A DNA stretch of 38,280 bases from a virus. Its lineage: Duplodnaviria; Caudoviricetes. Positions 10,410 to 20,124 of this stretch are shown one piece after another (position 1 is the first letter of the stretch; every line of letters begins with the position of its first letter). The stretch is taken from positions 1 to 38,280 of IMG/VR virus record IMGVR_UViG_3300030095_002183, one strand, 5' to 3'. The translations under genes and the position numbers were made by a program. The notes beneath the pieces were generated by a model, which was not told the origin of the DNA, did no database searches, and saw only the letters and a list, made by a program, of their open reading frames with translations.

Positions 10410-12849
10410 TTTGGAATTCACATGGAAGGTGTGAGGATGATAATAGTTCAAGTTTGATGTTTTTGGAGTTTCCAAGCAGAGGTACTTTAAATGATCCTGA
10501 GTTGATAATTGAGGTCTGATTGGTTTTATTACTTGCTTGTGAGACTTTTCTTCCAGTAAAGAGTTTGTCATCTGTATCTTCTGTTATTCTGTTAGTATGA
10601 GTCACTCTTGCAGTAAAGTTACCAGTATTAGCAAAGTTTAATGTTATGTTTCTAAGTTGTAGTCTTGATATAGTTTGTGGTTTTTGACCTTGCCCTACGA
10701 TCACTTCGCTAAACTGAAACTTAAACTCAAAAGACTGACCTACATAAATTGGATTACTGGATGATAGAGTAAGTGCTTGTGCTTGTGCTAATGATAATGT
10801 GTTTCCTGCTTTGTCTATATATTTAAGACTAGTACCATCTCCATAGTATGTACTAGTAAAATTAGTTAAATTAGAGTCACTTGTTATTTTTACTCTTCTA
10901 TCCAATAAGATTTCATGTTCACTTGTTGTTGCTCCAACTGATTCATCCTGTGATAGTTGTATTTTCTCCAAGTAGACTTTATTGCTACGCTGGAAAACTA
11001 CAAATATATCGTCTTGTACAAAAGTAATAGCGAGTATGTCTGCATCAAATTTCCATTGGGACCATGAGGACTGTACTTTATTCTGACCATTCCAATAGTA
11101 ACTGTAGATCCACATAGTTTTACTAGATGCAGTATCATCAGTAATAAGACACAACATATTGTAGTTACTACTAGCTATCATTTGTTTAACACCACCAGCA
11201 ATGTATCTAGGTACATGACCAGTTACATCGGTTGCATCTTTTACTTCTGTGTCTGTTTGTAGATAAAACTCTCTTATGGTACTAAATGCACCCCCTGGAC
11301 TTGCAAAGAACACATATCTTCCTGCACCTACTGGAGTAGTATCTAAATCTGCTTCAAACTCTGTTGTTACATTAAGGCTAATATCAAGAGGACTAAGGAA
11401 TTCTGCTGAACTAAGTATAAATTGAGTTTGATCAGAGAAGATTAGGAGGGATTCTGAAAAAGGAAGTGCGTGTTTTAAGAGAGAAACACGATTAGTGGAT
11501 ACTGTTACATCAATAGGATCAGTATCAAGAAGGTTTAATACTGTAGGTCTGAACCAGTTAAGGAATTTTCCTGCTTCAGTAAATACGACACTTTCCTCAG
11601 AAAGCACACCCAACCTATTCTGATGGAAAAATATATCACTAAGAGTAGAACCGACAAAAGAAGGAAAGGGGTTAGAATCGTTATCACCAGCAACACGACT
11701 AGACCATCCAGCTTGTTTAATACTAAATGTCCCATTTGTCTCCTTTATAATCTGTAGGGGCATTGTACTAGGATCTAAACTATTCTGAAGACCAGTAGCT
11801 ACTGTTTCTTCATAGATCCCTTTAGTTTCATCTGTAAGTTTTACATAAAAATCATCAGCAAATTTACTATTATCCCCTGTGATCTTTATGATCATATCTT
11901 TAGCATCTGTAGGACCAGCACCAGGAAGTTCTGCAAACCTAAGTGTACTATCTTTGAATGCTTGTATAAATCCGTTGGACCTTGAGTCTGTTACTCTTAT
12001 TTCAAAGTCAGAAGTGTTAGAAGATTTTATATGTATTACAGAACCAGTAACAGTTGCAGATAAGTTACTAAATATTCCAGACCCTAATACATTGCCTAAA
12101 TGTTCTGCATTATAACCAGTTCCATCTGCAGGTGCTGATGCACTACTAGAATACCCAGCATTATTTCCAAATGCAGACCCATCTTTTAATGCTTTTGCTA
12201 TTTTATCAGTAGCAATATTAGCTTCTTTTAAAGTTTTACCTGAATCAGATGTAGTTACTTTTGCTACTTCAGTAAATCCAGATTGTCCTGCTGGTTTTAT
12301 TTCTATTGTGTAGACATTAGCATAATCCCCACCCCTTACATAAACCAATGCTTCAGGGGTTCTAGCAGAAGTAACAGTTGAGCTTTTTGCTATTACTTTA
12401 TTCTTATTAACCAGATAGGTGAAATCCGCTACAGTCGTAGCAGTAAAAGCAGTATTGGGATTCCCATCGGTAAGATAAGTTTTAATCTCGTTGAAGGTAG
12501 CACCAGAGGTAATAATGGTATCCCCAGCATCCCTAATATTTACAGTCTTAGAAGTTCCATCACTAGCATCAAATATCTTTACAAGGTCACCAGCAGTAGA
12601 TCCTGTCCCACTAAATACTGCTATAAATGTTTCTGTACCTGACCTTCTAATAGGATGGATAAAAGTAGAAGAATAAGAAGTATCTGATAACTTTGCTACG
12701 TGTTGAGTTCCTGGCCTTTTCTTTAATCCTCTAACAGGGTCACTATATCCATTCTCTTGTAGATCCCCCTGCGATTTATCTTTTACTGTAGGTGCTTGTT
12801 GACTAACTCCGTTAAGTAAAGATGGAATTAGATCAGAGATTAAAGCCAT
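10360..12849 (-). CDS. tail tubular protein B (gp12-like nozzle)
   Basis: IPSLLNGVSQQ...GLKKRPG, FFHQNRLG, DTDPID, QSSWSQW, EWEG motifs. Confidence 0.95.
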   Translation of the reverse strand: MALISDLIPSLLNGVSQQAPTVKDKSQGDLQENGYSDPVRGLKKRPGTQHVAKLSDTSYSSTFIHPIRRSGTETFIAVFSGTGSTAGDLVKIFDASDGTSKTVNIRDAGDTIITSGATFNEIKTYLTDGNPNTAFTATTVADFTYLVNKNKVIAKSSTVTSARTPEALVYVRGGDYANVYTIEIKPAGQSGFTEVAKVTTSDSGKTLKEANIATDKIAKALKDGSAFGNNAGYSSSASAPADGTGYNAEHLGNVLGSGIFSNLSATVTGSVIHIKSSNTSDFEIRVTDSRSNGFIQAFKDSTLRFAELPGAGPTDAKDMIIKITGDNSKFADDFYVKLTDETKGIYEETVATGLQNSLDPSTMPLQIIKETNGTFSIKQAGWSSRVAGDNDSNPFPSFVGSTLSDIFFHQNRLGVLSEESVVFTEAGKFLNWFRPTVLNLLDTDPIDVTVSTNRVSLLKHALPFSESLLIFSDQTQFILSSAEFLSPLDISLNVTTEFEADLDTTPVGAGRYVFFASPGGAFSTIREFYLQTDTEVKDATDVTGHVPRYIAGGVKQMIASSNYNMLCLITDDTASSKTMWIYSYYWNGQNKVQSSWSQWKFDADILAITFVQDDIFVVFQRSNKVYLEKIQLSQDESVGATTSEHEILLDRRVKITSDSNLTNFTSTYYGDGTSLKYIDKAGNTLSLAQAQALTLSSSNPIYVGQSFEFKFQFSEVIVGQGQKPQTISRLQLRNITLNFANTGNFTARVTHTNRITEDTDDKLFTGRKVSQASNKTNQTSIINSGSFKVPLLGNSKNIKLELLSSSHLPCEFQSAEWEGFYHIRSRREN

Positions 12850-13159
12850 TAGGATTTAGTGTAAGGTTTATTTCATACCCACAATCATTAGCAAAGCCTG
12901 TCCATACTCTAGTAGTATTATCGGTATACTCATGTATTCCTGTTTCTGAACCAAAGTAACTTCTACCTTTATCAATTAAGCAATCACAAAATAAAACGTG
13001 TAAAGTAGCTGGTTGATATGGTGAGTTTACTTGTGAAATCTTAAAACAGGCATACCAGATTTCTCTGACAAAAGAAGTAGAAAAATCTAGTTTATCTTGA
13101 GACAGTAAATTAGGTACTAAAGTAAAAAATAAAACTAACGCTAGTATTTGCTTTTTCAT
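12833..13159 (-). CDS. hypothetical protein with signal peptide, Cys-rich
   Basis: MKKQILALVLFFTLVPNLLS signal-like N-terminus; WYAC and FCDC motifs; overlaps both neighbours. Confidence 0.6.
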   Translation of the reverse strand: MKKQILALVLFFTLVPNLLSQDKLDFSTSFVREIWYACFKISQVNSPYQPATLHVLFCDCLIDKGRSYFGSETGIHEYTDNTTRVWTGFANDCGYEINLTLNPNGFNL

Positions 13160-13791
13160 AAGAACCCAAGTCTCAACCTTTGAGTTCCATAGTGGTCCCG
13201 ATTAACTACTCTGTACACAGAATATTCATCAAATACATTGTGTCCTGCTATTTGACTTTCTGCTTCTTTTAATTCTGCGAGTGATCTAGCTTCATCTTCT
13301 TTTTCATAACCATACAGTTGTGCATTACCTATTACTTGTTGAGAAAAACGTCTGCTAGATTTAATTCCTATGTACCTCTTTGCAGTTTCAGGTAAATTTT
13401 CAAACTCTTCCTGAGTTACAATATCAATATAGATGCTTGTATGATTATCACCCACATCATAGGTATGATTATAGGGATCGTAGAGTTTATTAACTGTACC
13501 TACTTTCCTCTGGATCATTCTTAGGTGACTACTTGTAGCTACACAATCAATTTTAAGTGTGTTTAGAGGTAATACTACTTGCTTACTTTCACCATCTGGT
13601 ACAAATTTCTTATTATAGTCTGTATTAAACCACCAACCTTCAGATTGTGTTTCTCTATCTATCCTACCAATAATTGTTTCTGCTAGTTCAGCATCAGTAA
13701 GACCAGAAGATAAAGCACTTACTGGTGATTCACCTATGCTTGCCAGCATAAGATTAACTAAGTCTAGTTTGGTTGTTGCGTTGTAGGACAT
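13156..13791 (-). CDS. tail tubular protein A (gp11-like)
   Basis: TKLDLVNLMLASIGESPV, QSEGWWFN, FENLPETAKRYI motifs. Confidence 0.95.
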   Translation of the reverse strand: MSYNATTKLDLVNLMLASIGESPVSALSSGLTDAELAETIIGRIDRETQSEGWWFNTDYNKKFVPDGESKQVVLPLNTLKIDCVATSSHLRMIQRKVGTVNKLYDPYNHTYDVGDNHTSIYIDIVTQEEFENLPETAKRYIGIKSSRRFSQQVIGNAQLYGYEKEDEARSLAELKEAESQIAGHNVFDEYSVYRVVNRDHYGTQRLRLGFL

Positions 13792-13949
13792 TAGTTAGCC
13801 TTTGGTCTTCCTTTTTTCTTAACTTGAGGTTGCACTTGTGACTCTTTTTGCAGTCTTAGTTCTTCCATTTCTCTCCATACTGATTTTGATTCACCAGCAG
13901 GACATGGCCTATGTTGTTGCTCACGTATAGTTTTATCTAAATTAGACAT
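13791..13949 (-). CDS. hypothetical 52-aa protein
   Basis: Read manually: MSNLDKTIREQQHRPCPAGESKSVWREMEELRLQKESQVQPQVKKKGRPKAN; its TAA overlaps the gp11 ATG. Not in the ORF track. Confidence 0.6.
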   Translation of the reverse strand: MSNLDKTIREQQHRPCPAGESKSVWREMEELRLQKESQVQPQVKKKGRPKAN

Positions 13950-13971
13950 AAGTATTTTTATTTAAGTGAGA

Positions 13972-14035
13972 CAGGGGGGCAAGGGCAACCCCCCTGAGAG
14001 GTAGAGTAGCCAGAGGGAGAATTATAGCTACTCTA
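13972..14035 (-). terminator. tandem hairpins after the capsid gene (T-phi-like position)
   Basis: Stems TAGAGTAGC/GCTACTCTA (14002-14035) and CAGGGGGG/CCCCCCTG (13972-13996); no strong U-tract. Confidence 0.55.
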
Positions 14036-14043
14036 AGGGAATA

Positions 14044-15024
14044 TTAACTTCCGTTATCAAAACCAAGATAACAACATTCAGGACGTAGTACACCATGACC
14101 TACAGCCATTTTAGCTACAAGTAATGTACCTTGTCTCCGGATGTCATACTCGCTTTCTGTCTGCAAATTCATAAGTTGTACTGTACCTACTGCACTTTTA
14201 TGAAAAGCAAGAAAACGAGTAGTAGCAAAGTTGCCACTATTGTTGGAAGTATTATTACCATAGTACACGTTATTTTCACCAGTAACGGCGGCATGACCGC
14301 TAGATGGTAAATGATTTGATACTAAAATAGTAAACCCAGCAAGCCTAGGCATATTAGCATTAGCTATATCACCTTGACCTCCATAATCACGATTTACTGC
14401 TTTAGTTGAATCTAGAACATCATAAAAATCAGCAGGACTTAATACTACGTACCTGTCATCTTTAGGAATATCCAATTCATCAAACTTCTGAGCACAATCA
14501 AAAATCCTAGCTACTTTTATGTCAGCAGTAGCATAATTGGCATCAGTAATAGCGACTGCACTTCCAGCACCAGAACCTTCACTAGTAATAGTAGCTGAAG
14601 TGTTAGCACCAATGTGTACTAATTTAAGAAGATTTTCGTCCATACGCTTAGACAATGAACGTCCCATTTCTGTACTATAGACTGAGCGTACATCATAGTG
14701 GGATCGTGCTTCATCCAACTTATCGACAAAAACATGAGAAACTAAAAGATCATCAATAGTAATAACCTTTTCGTTTTGTCTAGGAAGAGTAGCACCAGCA
14801 AGTTCATCTCCGGGTGTATGATATGACGCAGTTGTCTTACCAAACACAGGGAATTGTGCAGACTTACCAGAACTAATTGTTCGTTTCATAGTACGTGAAA
14901 GCATTACATTTGTTTCTTCAAAGGCAGTAATAGTTTCACCACTAAAAACTTTTAAAAATAAGGCATCATCTGCATTTGCAGCATTTACCTGACCTATTCT
15001 ATTTGGAGTTGCGGCAGAAGCCAT
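14044..15024 (-). CDS. major capsid protein (gp10-like)
   Basis: ALFLKVFSGE, RTISSGKSAQFP, EKVITIDDLL, HYDVRSVYS, GHGVLRPE motifs. Confidence 0.97.
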   Translation of the reverse strand: MASAATPNRIGQVNAANADDALFLKVFSGETITAFEETNVMLSRTMKRTISSGKSAQFPVFGKTTASYHTPGDELAGATLPRQNEKVITIDDLLVSHVFVDKLDEARSHYDVRSVYSTEMGRSLSKRMDENLLKLVHIGANTSATITSEGSGAGSAVAITDANYATADIKVARIFDCAQKFDELDIPKDDRYVVLSPADFYDVLDSTKAVNRDYGGQGDIANANMPRLAGFTILVSNHLPSSGHAAVTGENNVYYGNNTSNNSGNFATTRFLAFHKSAVGTVQLMNLQTESEYDIRRQGTLLVAKMAVGHGVLRPECCYLGFDNGS

Positions 15025-15060
15025 AGTTATTTTCCTATATGATTAATGTTAAGGTACGAC

Positions 15061-15118
15061 ATTAGTTACACCTTAGTCACTAATCACAACAAGTTGTCTT
15101 TCCTCGGAAAGGCTTGTT
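15061..15118 (-). promoter_or_regulatory. structured leader upstream of the capsid gene
   Basis: AACAAG-C-CTTTC-CGAG-GAAAG-ACAA-CTTGTT hairpin plus an ATTAGT/ACTAAT hairpin in the scaffold-capsid gap. Confidence 0.45.
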
Positions 15119-15120
15119 TG

Positions 15121-15885
15121 CTACATGACATTGGAGTTCGCAAGTTTGTCGTGAACTTGCTTTCTAAAACTGGGGTCATCGGTGTACCTAGGATCTTTCA
15201 TATCCTGAGTTACTTGTGCCATTGAAGTATAGGCACTCGATGAGTTTGCTCTTTGACCTTGAATAAGATTAGGGGCCGATCCAGTACCCATCTGGTATCG
15301 TGCATGAAGAGAATTAACTGCAAACTTAGCAGTCTCTACATTATTAAGGTCAACATTAGCATTGAATACATTTATCTCATCTTGAGATAGATTATCTTTT
15401 GCCCAAGCAGTCATTTTATCATAAGTATCCTGACCACCAACTAAATTATAAACAGACTGTTGTATTAGTTCTGATCTTGCTTCTTGTCCATCTATAAAAT
15501 CATCTACAAAACTTTTTGGGATACCTGCATCTTCCAACGCCTTATACGATTCCCCAGAAAGTTCACCCTCTCTCGCATATTCAGCAGAAAGAGTTCCAAA
15601 ATCCAGTCCCTTAGCCTCCACGTATCTTTCAGCCTCCTCCAAAAATTCTTCATTTTCATCAGAGGATACATCATCAGCTTCTTGAGATCCTTGGGATAAC
15701 TTTTGTTCCAGATTTTGATAGGCATTTGCTAAGTCCTCTGGTGAATTAAATTTGTCTGGTAACCACTCTGGTCTGTCAAACTGTTCTTCTACTACTTCTC
15801 CATCAGCAAGAGAAGCCATAGCTTCATCATGACCTTCAGGTGGTTGTTCATTTTCTTCTGGTGGTACTGATACTTGATCTACCAT
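15121..15885 (-). CDS. capsid assembly scaffolding protein (gp9-like)
   Basis: RPEWLPDKFNSPEDLANAYQNLEQKL; VGGQDTYDKMTAWA; MKDPRY.DDPSFR. Confidence 0.95.
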   Translation of the reverse strand: MVDQVSVPPEENEQPPEGHDEAMASLADGEVVEEQFDRPEWLPDKFNSPEDLANAYQNLEQKLSQGSQEADDVSSDENEEFLEEAERYVEAKGLDFGTLSAEYAREGELSGESYKALEDAGIPKSFVDDFIDGQEARSELIQQSVYNLVGGQDTYDKMTAWAKDNLSQDEINVFNANVDLNNVETAKFAVNSLHARYQMGTGSAPNLIQGQRANSSSAYTSMAQVTQDMKDPRYTDDPSFRKQVHDKLANSNVM

Positions 15886-15894
15886 ATATCCCTT

Positions 15895-16662
15895 TTATTT
15901 AGTTGTGTATTTTCGGCCTTGCCATGTAAATGTTTTACTACCTTTTGCTTTCTCCTCGTTATATTTTTTCCTAAATGATTTAGCCATTGAAGAACCTTTA
16001 CGATAAACAGGATAATTACCTTTAAAATCTACTGGTGAACTATCTTTGTCTTTCTTCATTCTTGCTTGTATAGCTTCTTTGGAATCCATTTGAGCTTTTA
16101 CATTCCTACTACCCTCTGACTTAGAAGGTGGTACTGAGGTACGTTTCTTTGTAGGTGCTTTCTTGTTATCTGTTTTCTTAGAAGTAGAAGCACCAATACC
16201 TAAAGCACTTAATACACCTAATAACATCCCAGCTTTACCTTTACCTTTAAATTTTACTCTAGTAGGTGGTTTGTTATTAGCATCTGGGTTCCTAGTAGTT
16301 TTCTTTTTAATTCTTTCTACTACTTTTTCTCTACGATCACCTTGTAATGTAGGTTTGGGATCTTTAACCCCTTTCATCTTTACATACTCTACTGTGTAGT
16401 GCTTTGTATTAGCCTTCCCTGCTCTTTTATCTGCAATTAACTTTTCTGCTACTGGCTTTTTAATACTGTCAACTACACCATTCTCAAACTGTTTGTAGTA
16501 ACCCCCATTCTTATACCTTTTAATTACAAAGGTACGCTTATTAGTCATGTACTCAGGTGCTTTATTTCTTTTCTTTAATTCTGTACCCAGATCCTTGGTA
16601 GGTATAAATTCTTTCTTTGGTCTACCTACTTGGTTCCCATAAGTGCCTTCACCTTCTGGCAT
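15895..16662 (-). CDS. Lys-rich hypothetical protein
   Basis: Good ORF between portal and scaffold; N-terminal GTYG.QVGRPKK and C-terminal KTFTWQGRKYTT motifs; central hydrophobic segment. Confidence 0.7.
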   Translation of the reverse strand: MPEGEGTYGNQVGRPKKEFIPTKDLGTELKKRNKAPEYMTNKRTFVIKRYKNGGYYKQFENGVVDSIKKPVAEKLIADKRAGKANTKHYTVEYVKMKGVKDPKPTLQGDRREKVVERIKKKTTRNPDANNKPPTRVKFKGKGKAGMLLGVLSALGIGASTSKKTDNKKAPTKKRTSVPPSKSEGSRNVKAQMDSKEAIQARMKKDKDSSPVDFKGNYPVYRKGSSMAKSFRKKYNEEKAKGSKTFTWQGRKYTTK

Positions 16663-16663
16663 A

Positions 16664-18244
16664 TTATCCTTGTTGTTGGGGTTGTTGTTGTTGTGGTTGT
16701 AGTCCAGCCATTTGCATAATCTGGGGTAGTAATTGTTTACCTATTTCTGGACCCATAGTTTTAGCTATTTCCATAACCATTTGTTGTTGTCTTTGTTGTT
16801 GAGCTTGCTGTTGTAGTTGTGCTTGCTCTTCCTTAGACTTCAACAACCCTTGAGGATCTATCCCTAGTGATACACCTACACGATCTATAAAGTCATCGAT
16901 GTTAATCTGGTTTAAGAAACCTTCTGCTCCAAGAGGTTGGAACATTTGTAACATCTGCATTAGTTTCTTTAAGTCTTCTGATCTACTCATTGCTTCTAGA
17001 CCAGTAATAATCTGGGGTCTTACTACACCTTCTGGCAGAGGTGGTACTTTGTCTTCATCATTAAGTTTCTTGAGCATCAATCTAACCAGAGGTAATTGAA
17101 ACTCTTGGGACAACAAACTAAATATTCCACCTAACCCAGATTCTATTTCATTAGCAAGCAGACGAACTTCAGTAGCAGTAACTCTTTCAGCATCCCTTTG
17201 TACAGAACCAGACATTAGAAATGCACCAGATAATCTATCACTAATAGTTTTAATCATGCTCTCAGCAATCCTAAAATCTACTGCTTTGTTTACTTGCAAT
17301 ACACTTACATCATTAGCATCCCCTTGGATGATTGCTCCGTTAGGTGCAGTAGCTAGTGATCTAGCTTTAGTTGTACCATTAGGACGTACTAGGAATAGTA
17401 CCTTTGCAGAGGATGCAGTACCTTCTACTAATGCCTGAGATAAACCTTCTAATGAACGTAAGTCACCTAAGTATTGTTCTACCAATCCTCTTCCATAGGA
17501 TTCACCATCTATTCTGTCAAACCTAAGTACCATCCAAGGGAAATTATCTAACTTATAGGTTCCTGAACTATTAGGTACTTCTATTTCTTTTACTTCCTGT
17601 CTTACTATCCATTGGTCTGCTTCTCTAATTATCTTTGTGTAGAGATCAATACTCTTATCTGAGTCATCATTGGTATCATCTTTTTGTACTTGGTTTCTTA
17701 TTTCCTCTGGTAGCATGAGAGGACTTACAGATTCCTTAACAATGATCTCTAGTACATTCCCCATTGCATCCCTTTGGCAGACATATCTCTCCAAAGGAAA
17801 CACTCGCATACCACCTTCTTCAGGAAAGAAAACAAGAGCATTACCAGAAACAATAAGATGCTTTAACATCTCAAATGTAGGTACACGTACTCTTGTTATT
17901 TCTATCTCTGACATTACAGCACGTTCTATAGCACCTAATGCTTCCTCTACTGCCCCACGACCTTCTTGTTTAAGTTGTGGGATCTCAAGATCATCCACCA
18001 TTAGTCTAAAGAAGGGACCAGATGGGGGCAGTAAAGCGAGAAGTAACTTAGAAGCAAGAACATTAACTGCTCTAGCACCTACACTTTGGTATGGTGTAGG
18101 AAAGATGGTACTAGCTGAATGTCCTTCTGGGGGTATGAGGTAGGGTAGTGTTAATTCAGAACAATCCCTACTTCTAGTAAGGAATATATGTCTCTGGGAC
18201 TCTAGTTGGGAATACCTTGAGGCACAAGATTGGTTATTTATCAC
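16664..18244 (-). CDS. portal (head-tail connector, gp8-like)
   Basis: TLPYLIP, PYQSVGARAVNVLASKL, GESYGRG, RDAERVTATEVR motifs. Confidence 0.97.
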   Translation of the reverse strand: MINNQSCASRYSQLESQRHIFLTRSRDCSELTLPYLIPPEGHSASTIFPTPYQSVGARAVNVLASKLLLALLPPSGPFFRLMVDDLEIPQLKQEGRGAVEEALGAIERAVMSEIEITRVRVPTFEMLKHLIVSGNALVFFPEEGGMRVFPLERYVCQRDAMGNVLEIIVKESVSPLMLPEEIRNQVQKDDTNDDSDKSIDLYTKIIREADQWIVRQEVKEIEVPNSSGTYKLDNFPWMVLRFDRIDGESYGRGLVEQYLGDLRSLEGLSQALVEGTASSAKVLFLVRPNGTTKARSLATAPNGAIIQGDANDVSVLQVNKAVDFRIAESMIKTISDRLSGAFLMSGSVQRDAERVTATEVRLLANEIESGLGGIFSLLSQEFQLPLVRLMLKKLNDEDKVPPLPEGVVRPQIITGLEAMSRSEDLKKLMQMLQMFQPLGAEGFLNQINIDDFIDRVGVSLGIDPQGLLKSKEEQAQLQQQAQQQRQQQMVMEIAKTMGPEIGKQLLPQIMQMAGLQPQQQQPQQQG

Positions 18245-18687
18245 GCAGGAATTTGTACACCTACTGAGGAACTAGGAATCTTTAATGCACCAGAACGTAC
18301 ATCTTTTTCATTCCCCCTTCTTCGTCCTCTTCTTCGTCTACCAGCAAGAGTAGGATCTTCTAGGGTTTCATCATAACCACTCATATTACCCATCATTCCT
18401 TGTCTCTTGAGAGCAGTATTAATCTGTTTACTGAGAGAACTACCAACAGCAACAGCATTATTTAATGCACCAACTGCTTCGCCAGAAATATCAGTTAGTG
18501 TGTTTTCCATGTCTTTAGGAATATCGGTGTATACTTCAGCAACATCAGTTACTTCTTCTTTTACATCTTCTATTTGTTCGGCTACTTCTTCTTTTACTTC
18601 TTCTGTATTGGTACTAGAGGTAGGGTTACTATCTGCACCACCTACATTACTCTCTGCACCCCCTGTTATACCACCAGTTCCACACAT
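18241..18687 (-). CDS. gp7.3/gp6.7-like small virion protein
   Basis: MCG start, basic RRRRGRRR...ALKIP...GVQIPA C-terminus; directly before portal. Confidence 0.6.
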   Translation of the reverse strand: MCGTGGITGGAESNVGGADSNPTSSTNTEEVKEEVAEQIEDVKEEVTDVAEVYTDIPKDMENTLTDISGEAVGALNNAVAVGSSLSKQINTALKRQGMMGNMSGYDETLEDPTLAGRRRRGRRRGNEKDVRSGALKIPSSSVGVQIPA

Positions 18688-18696
18688 AATATTCCT

Positions 18697-19116
18697 TTAA
18701 GTAATTATAGTTGTTGTCCCTGAAGACTGAGATTGTGAGGGACTAATAATAGTAGAAGGTAAGTTTTCTCTGATCCTGAGACTGTTCATATTCTTTCTTT
18801 TCTTTTTTAGTCTAGGATCTATCTCACCTTGCCTAGCATCTAGGTTGGTTATTTTTGTAGGTGTAATAGTAGTATCCATTTCTGGAACAGAGGAACCACC
18901 ATCATCATTATTAAGATAATTTTGAGGATTCAAATTACGTAATAATAACCCTGCACCAGATTGACTGTCAGGACCAACAAAAGTATCTACTGCATTACCT
19001 ACATCTAAAATAGGATTTCTAATAAGATCATCAAATGCTTTACCTTCAACAGTAGAAGAAGTTCCGTCATAACCTCTTTTTCTTCTTTCTGCTACTTGGT
19101 CATACTCACACATCAA
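18697..19116 (-). CDS. gp6.7-like small virion protein
   Basis: MCE start; KKKRKNMNSLRI C-terminal motif; synteny. Confidence 0.5.
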   Translation of the reverse strand: MMCEYDQVAERRKRGYDGTSSTVEGKAFDDLIRNPILDVGNAVDTFVGPDSQSGAGLLLRNLNPQNYLNNDDGGSSVPEMDTTITPTKITNLDARQGEIDPRLKKKRKNMNSLRIRENLPSTIISPSQSQSSGTTTIIT

Positions 19117-19304
19117 CCTTCAAACTCCTGCATATCCTTACGTTCTATTAACCAATCAACCATTGCTCTTTTTCCTGCATACATAAATATTTCTCTTTCT
19201 GTCATATCAATAGTAGGACAAACAGATGGGAATAGTTGATCTAAATCTTTTATTAACTGCTCTGGGATGTCCAGATACAGTTCTTTTTTACCCTCTAAAT
19301 CCAT
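19113..19304 (-). CDS. gp6.5-like conserved hypothetical protein
   Basis: LDQLFP...EREIFMYAGKRAMVDWL motif; located after the exonuclease. Confidence 0.7.
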   Translation of the reverse strand: MDLEGKKELYLDIPEQLIKDLDQLFPSVCPTIDMTEREIFMYAGKRAMVDWLIERKDMQEFEG

Positions 19305-19326
19305 GAATTTTGGTTTTCCAACGTAG

Positions 19327-20124
19327 TTAAAAAATATTTCCTATGGGGTCTGGTAATTTATCTATTGAATCACCATCCCTTTGTATCCTTGTAAGTCTTG
19401 CATTAATCTTAGCATACTCAACTTCATGACCATGTTTCTCATACTCTTTAGATACCAGTTCCCATAGGTCAGCTAAATTCCTTACACCTTCTAATAGTTT
19501 ACTTGCTCTTTTGATTCCCATACCTCTTATACCTTCTATATTATCTACTGCATCCCCTGCTATGGTCTGACACATCCAAGTAAAATTAGCTTCATTTTCT
19601 GTTATCTCTACTAATTTATTATCTATGTAGTGCAATCCTGGTACTGTTCTTAAATCTTTATCTATAGATACACATACTGCTCTATTGTTTTGTGTATTTA
19701 CTGGTTCATCTAAATCCCATAGTTTTGCATAAGGATCTTCGCAAGTAATAAACTCACCTATAATGTCATCAGCTTCATACCCATCTTGCTCTATATTGTA
19801 TTGGTATATTTGACCTAGTTTTTCTCGTACTCTCTTTAGGCACAAAGGTTTTCTCTGGTCTTTCCTGTTCATCTTATAGTCAGGCCATAGCTTTTTTCTA
19901 AAGTTGTTTTTGTGTGACCAACACAAGACAGGGGTGACAACAGGATCACGAGATACTTCTTTCCATGTTTCATATATATTAGTGATACTCATTATAGCTA
20001 TGTGGGTTGCTTCTTCTTCTGAACTCCATAGTGTCCAAGTATCTTCATCCCATTTTACTGCTTTCTCTGCTTTGAAAGATGCTCTGTATGCTAGTATGTC
20101 TGCATCGATTGCTAATATAGTCAT
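19327..20124 (-). CDS. 5'-3' exonuclease (gp6-like)
   Basis: IDADILAY, NFRK...YKMNR, EADDIIG, SIDKDL, GDAVDNIEG; start reassigned to ATG 20124, which overlaps the polymerase stop. Confidence 0.93.
   Translation of the reverse strand: MTILAIDADILAYRASFKAEKAVKWDEDTWTLWSSEEEATHIAIMSITNIYETWKEVSRDPVVTPVLCWSHKNNFRKKLWPDYKMNRKDQRKPLCLKRVREKLGQIYQYNIEQDGYEADDIIGEFITCEDPYAKLWDLDEPVNTQNNRAVCVSIDKDLRTVPGLHYIDNKLVEITENEANFTWMCQTIAGDAVDNIEGIRGMGIKRASKLLEGVRNLADLWELVSKEYEKHGHEVEYAKINARLTRIQRDGDSIDKLPDPIGNIF

Noticed and set aside
13950-14060. gp10B-type capsid frameshift extension
   Set aside because: No convincing slippery heptamer near the capsid stop.
15025-15120. Phage RNAP promoter consensus
   Set aside because: No ~20-bp repeat shared among middle and late intergenic regions found by eye; needs a motif search. 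The early motif lies upstream of the RNAP gene and is not repeated before late genes.
16664-16830. CAA/CAG poly-Gln repeat
   Set aside because: Ordinary Q-rich portal C-terminus.
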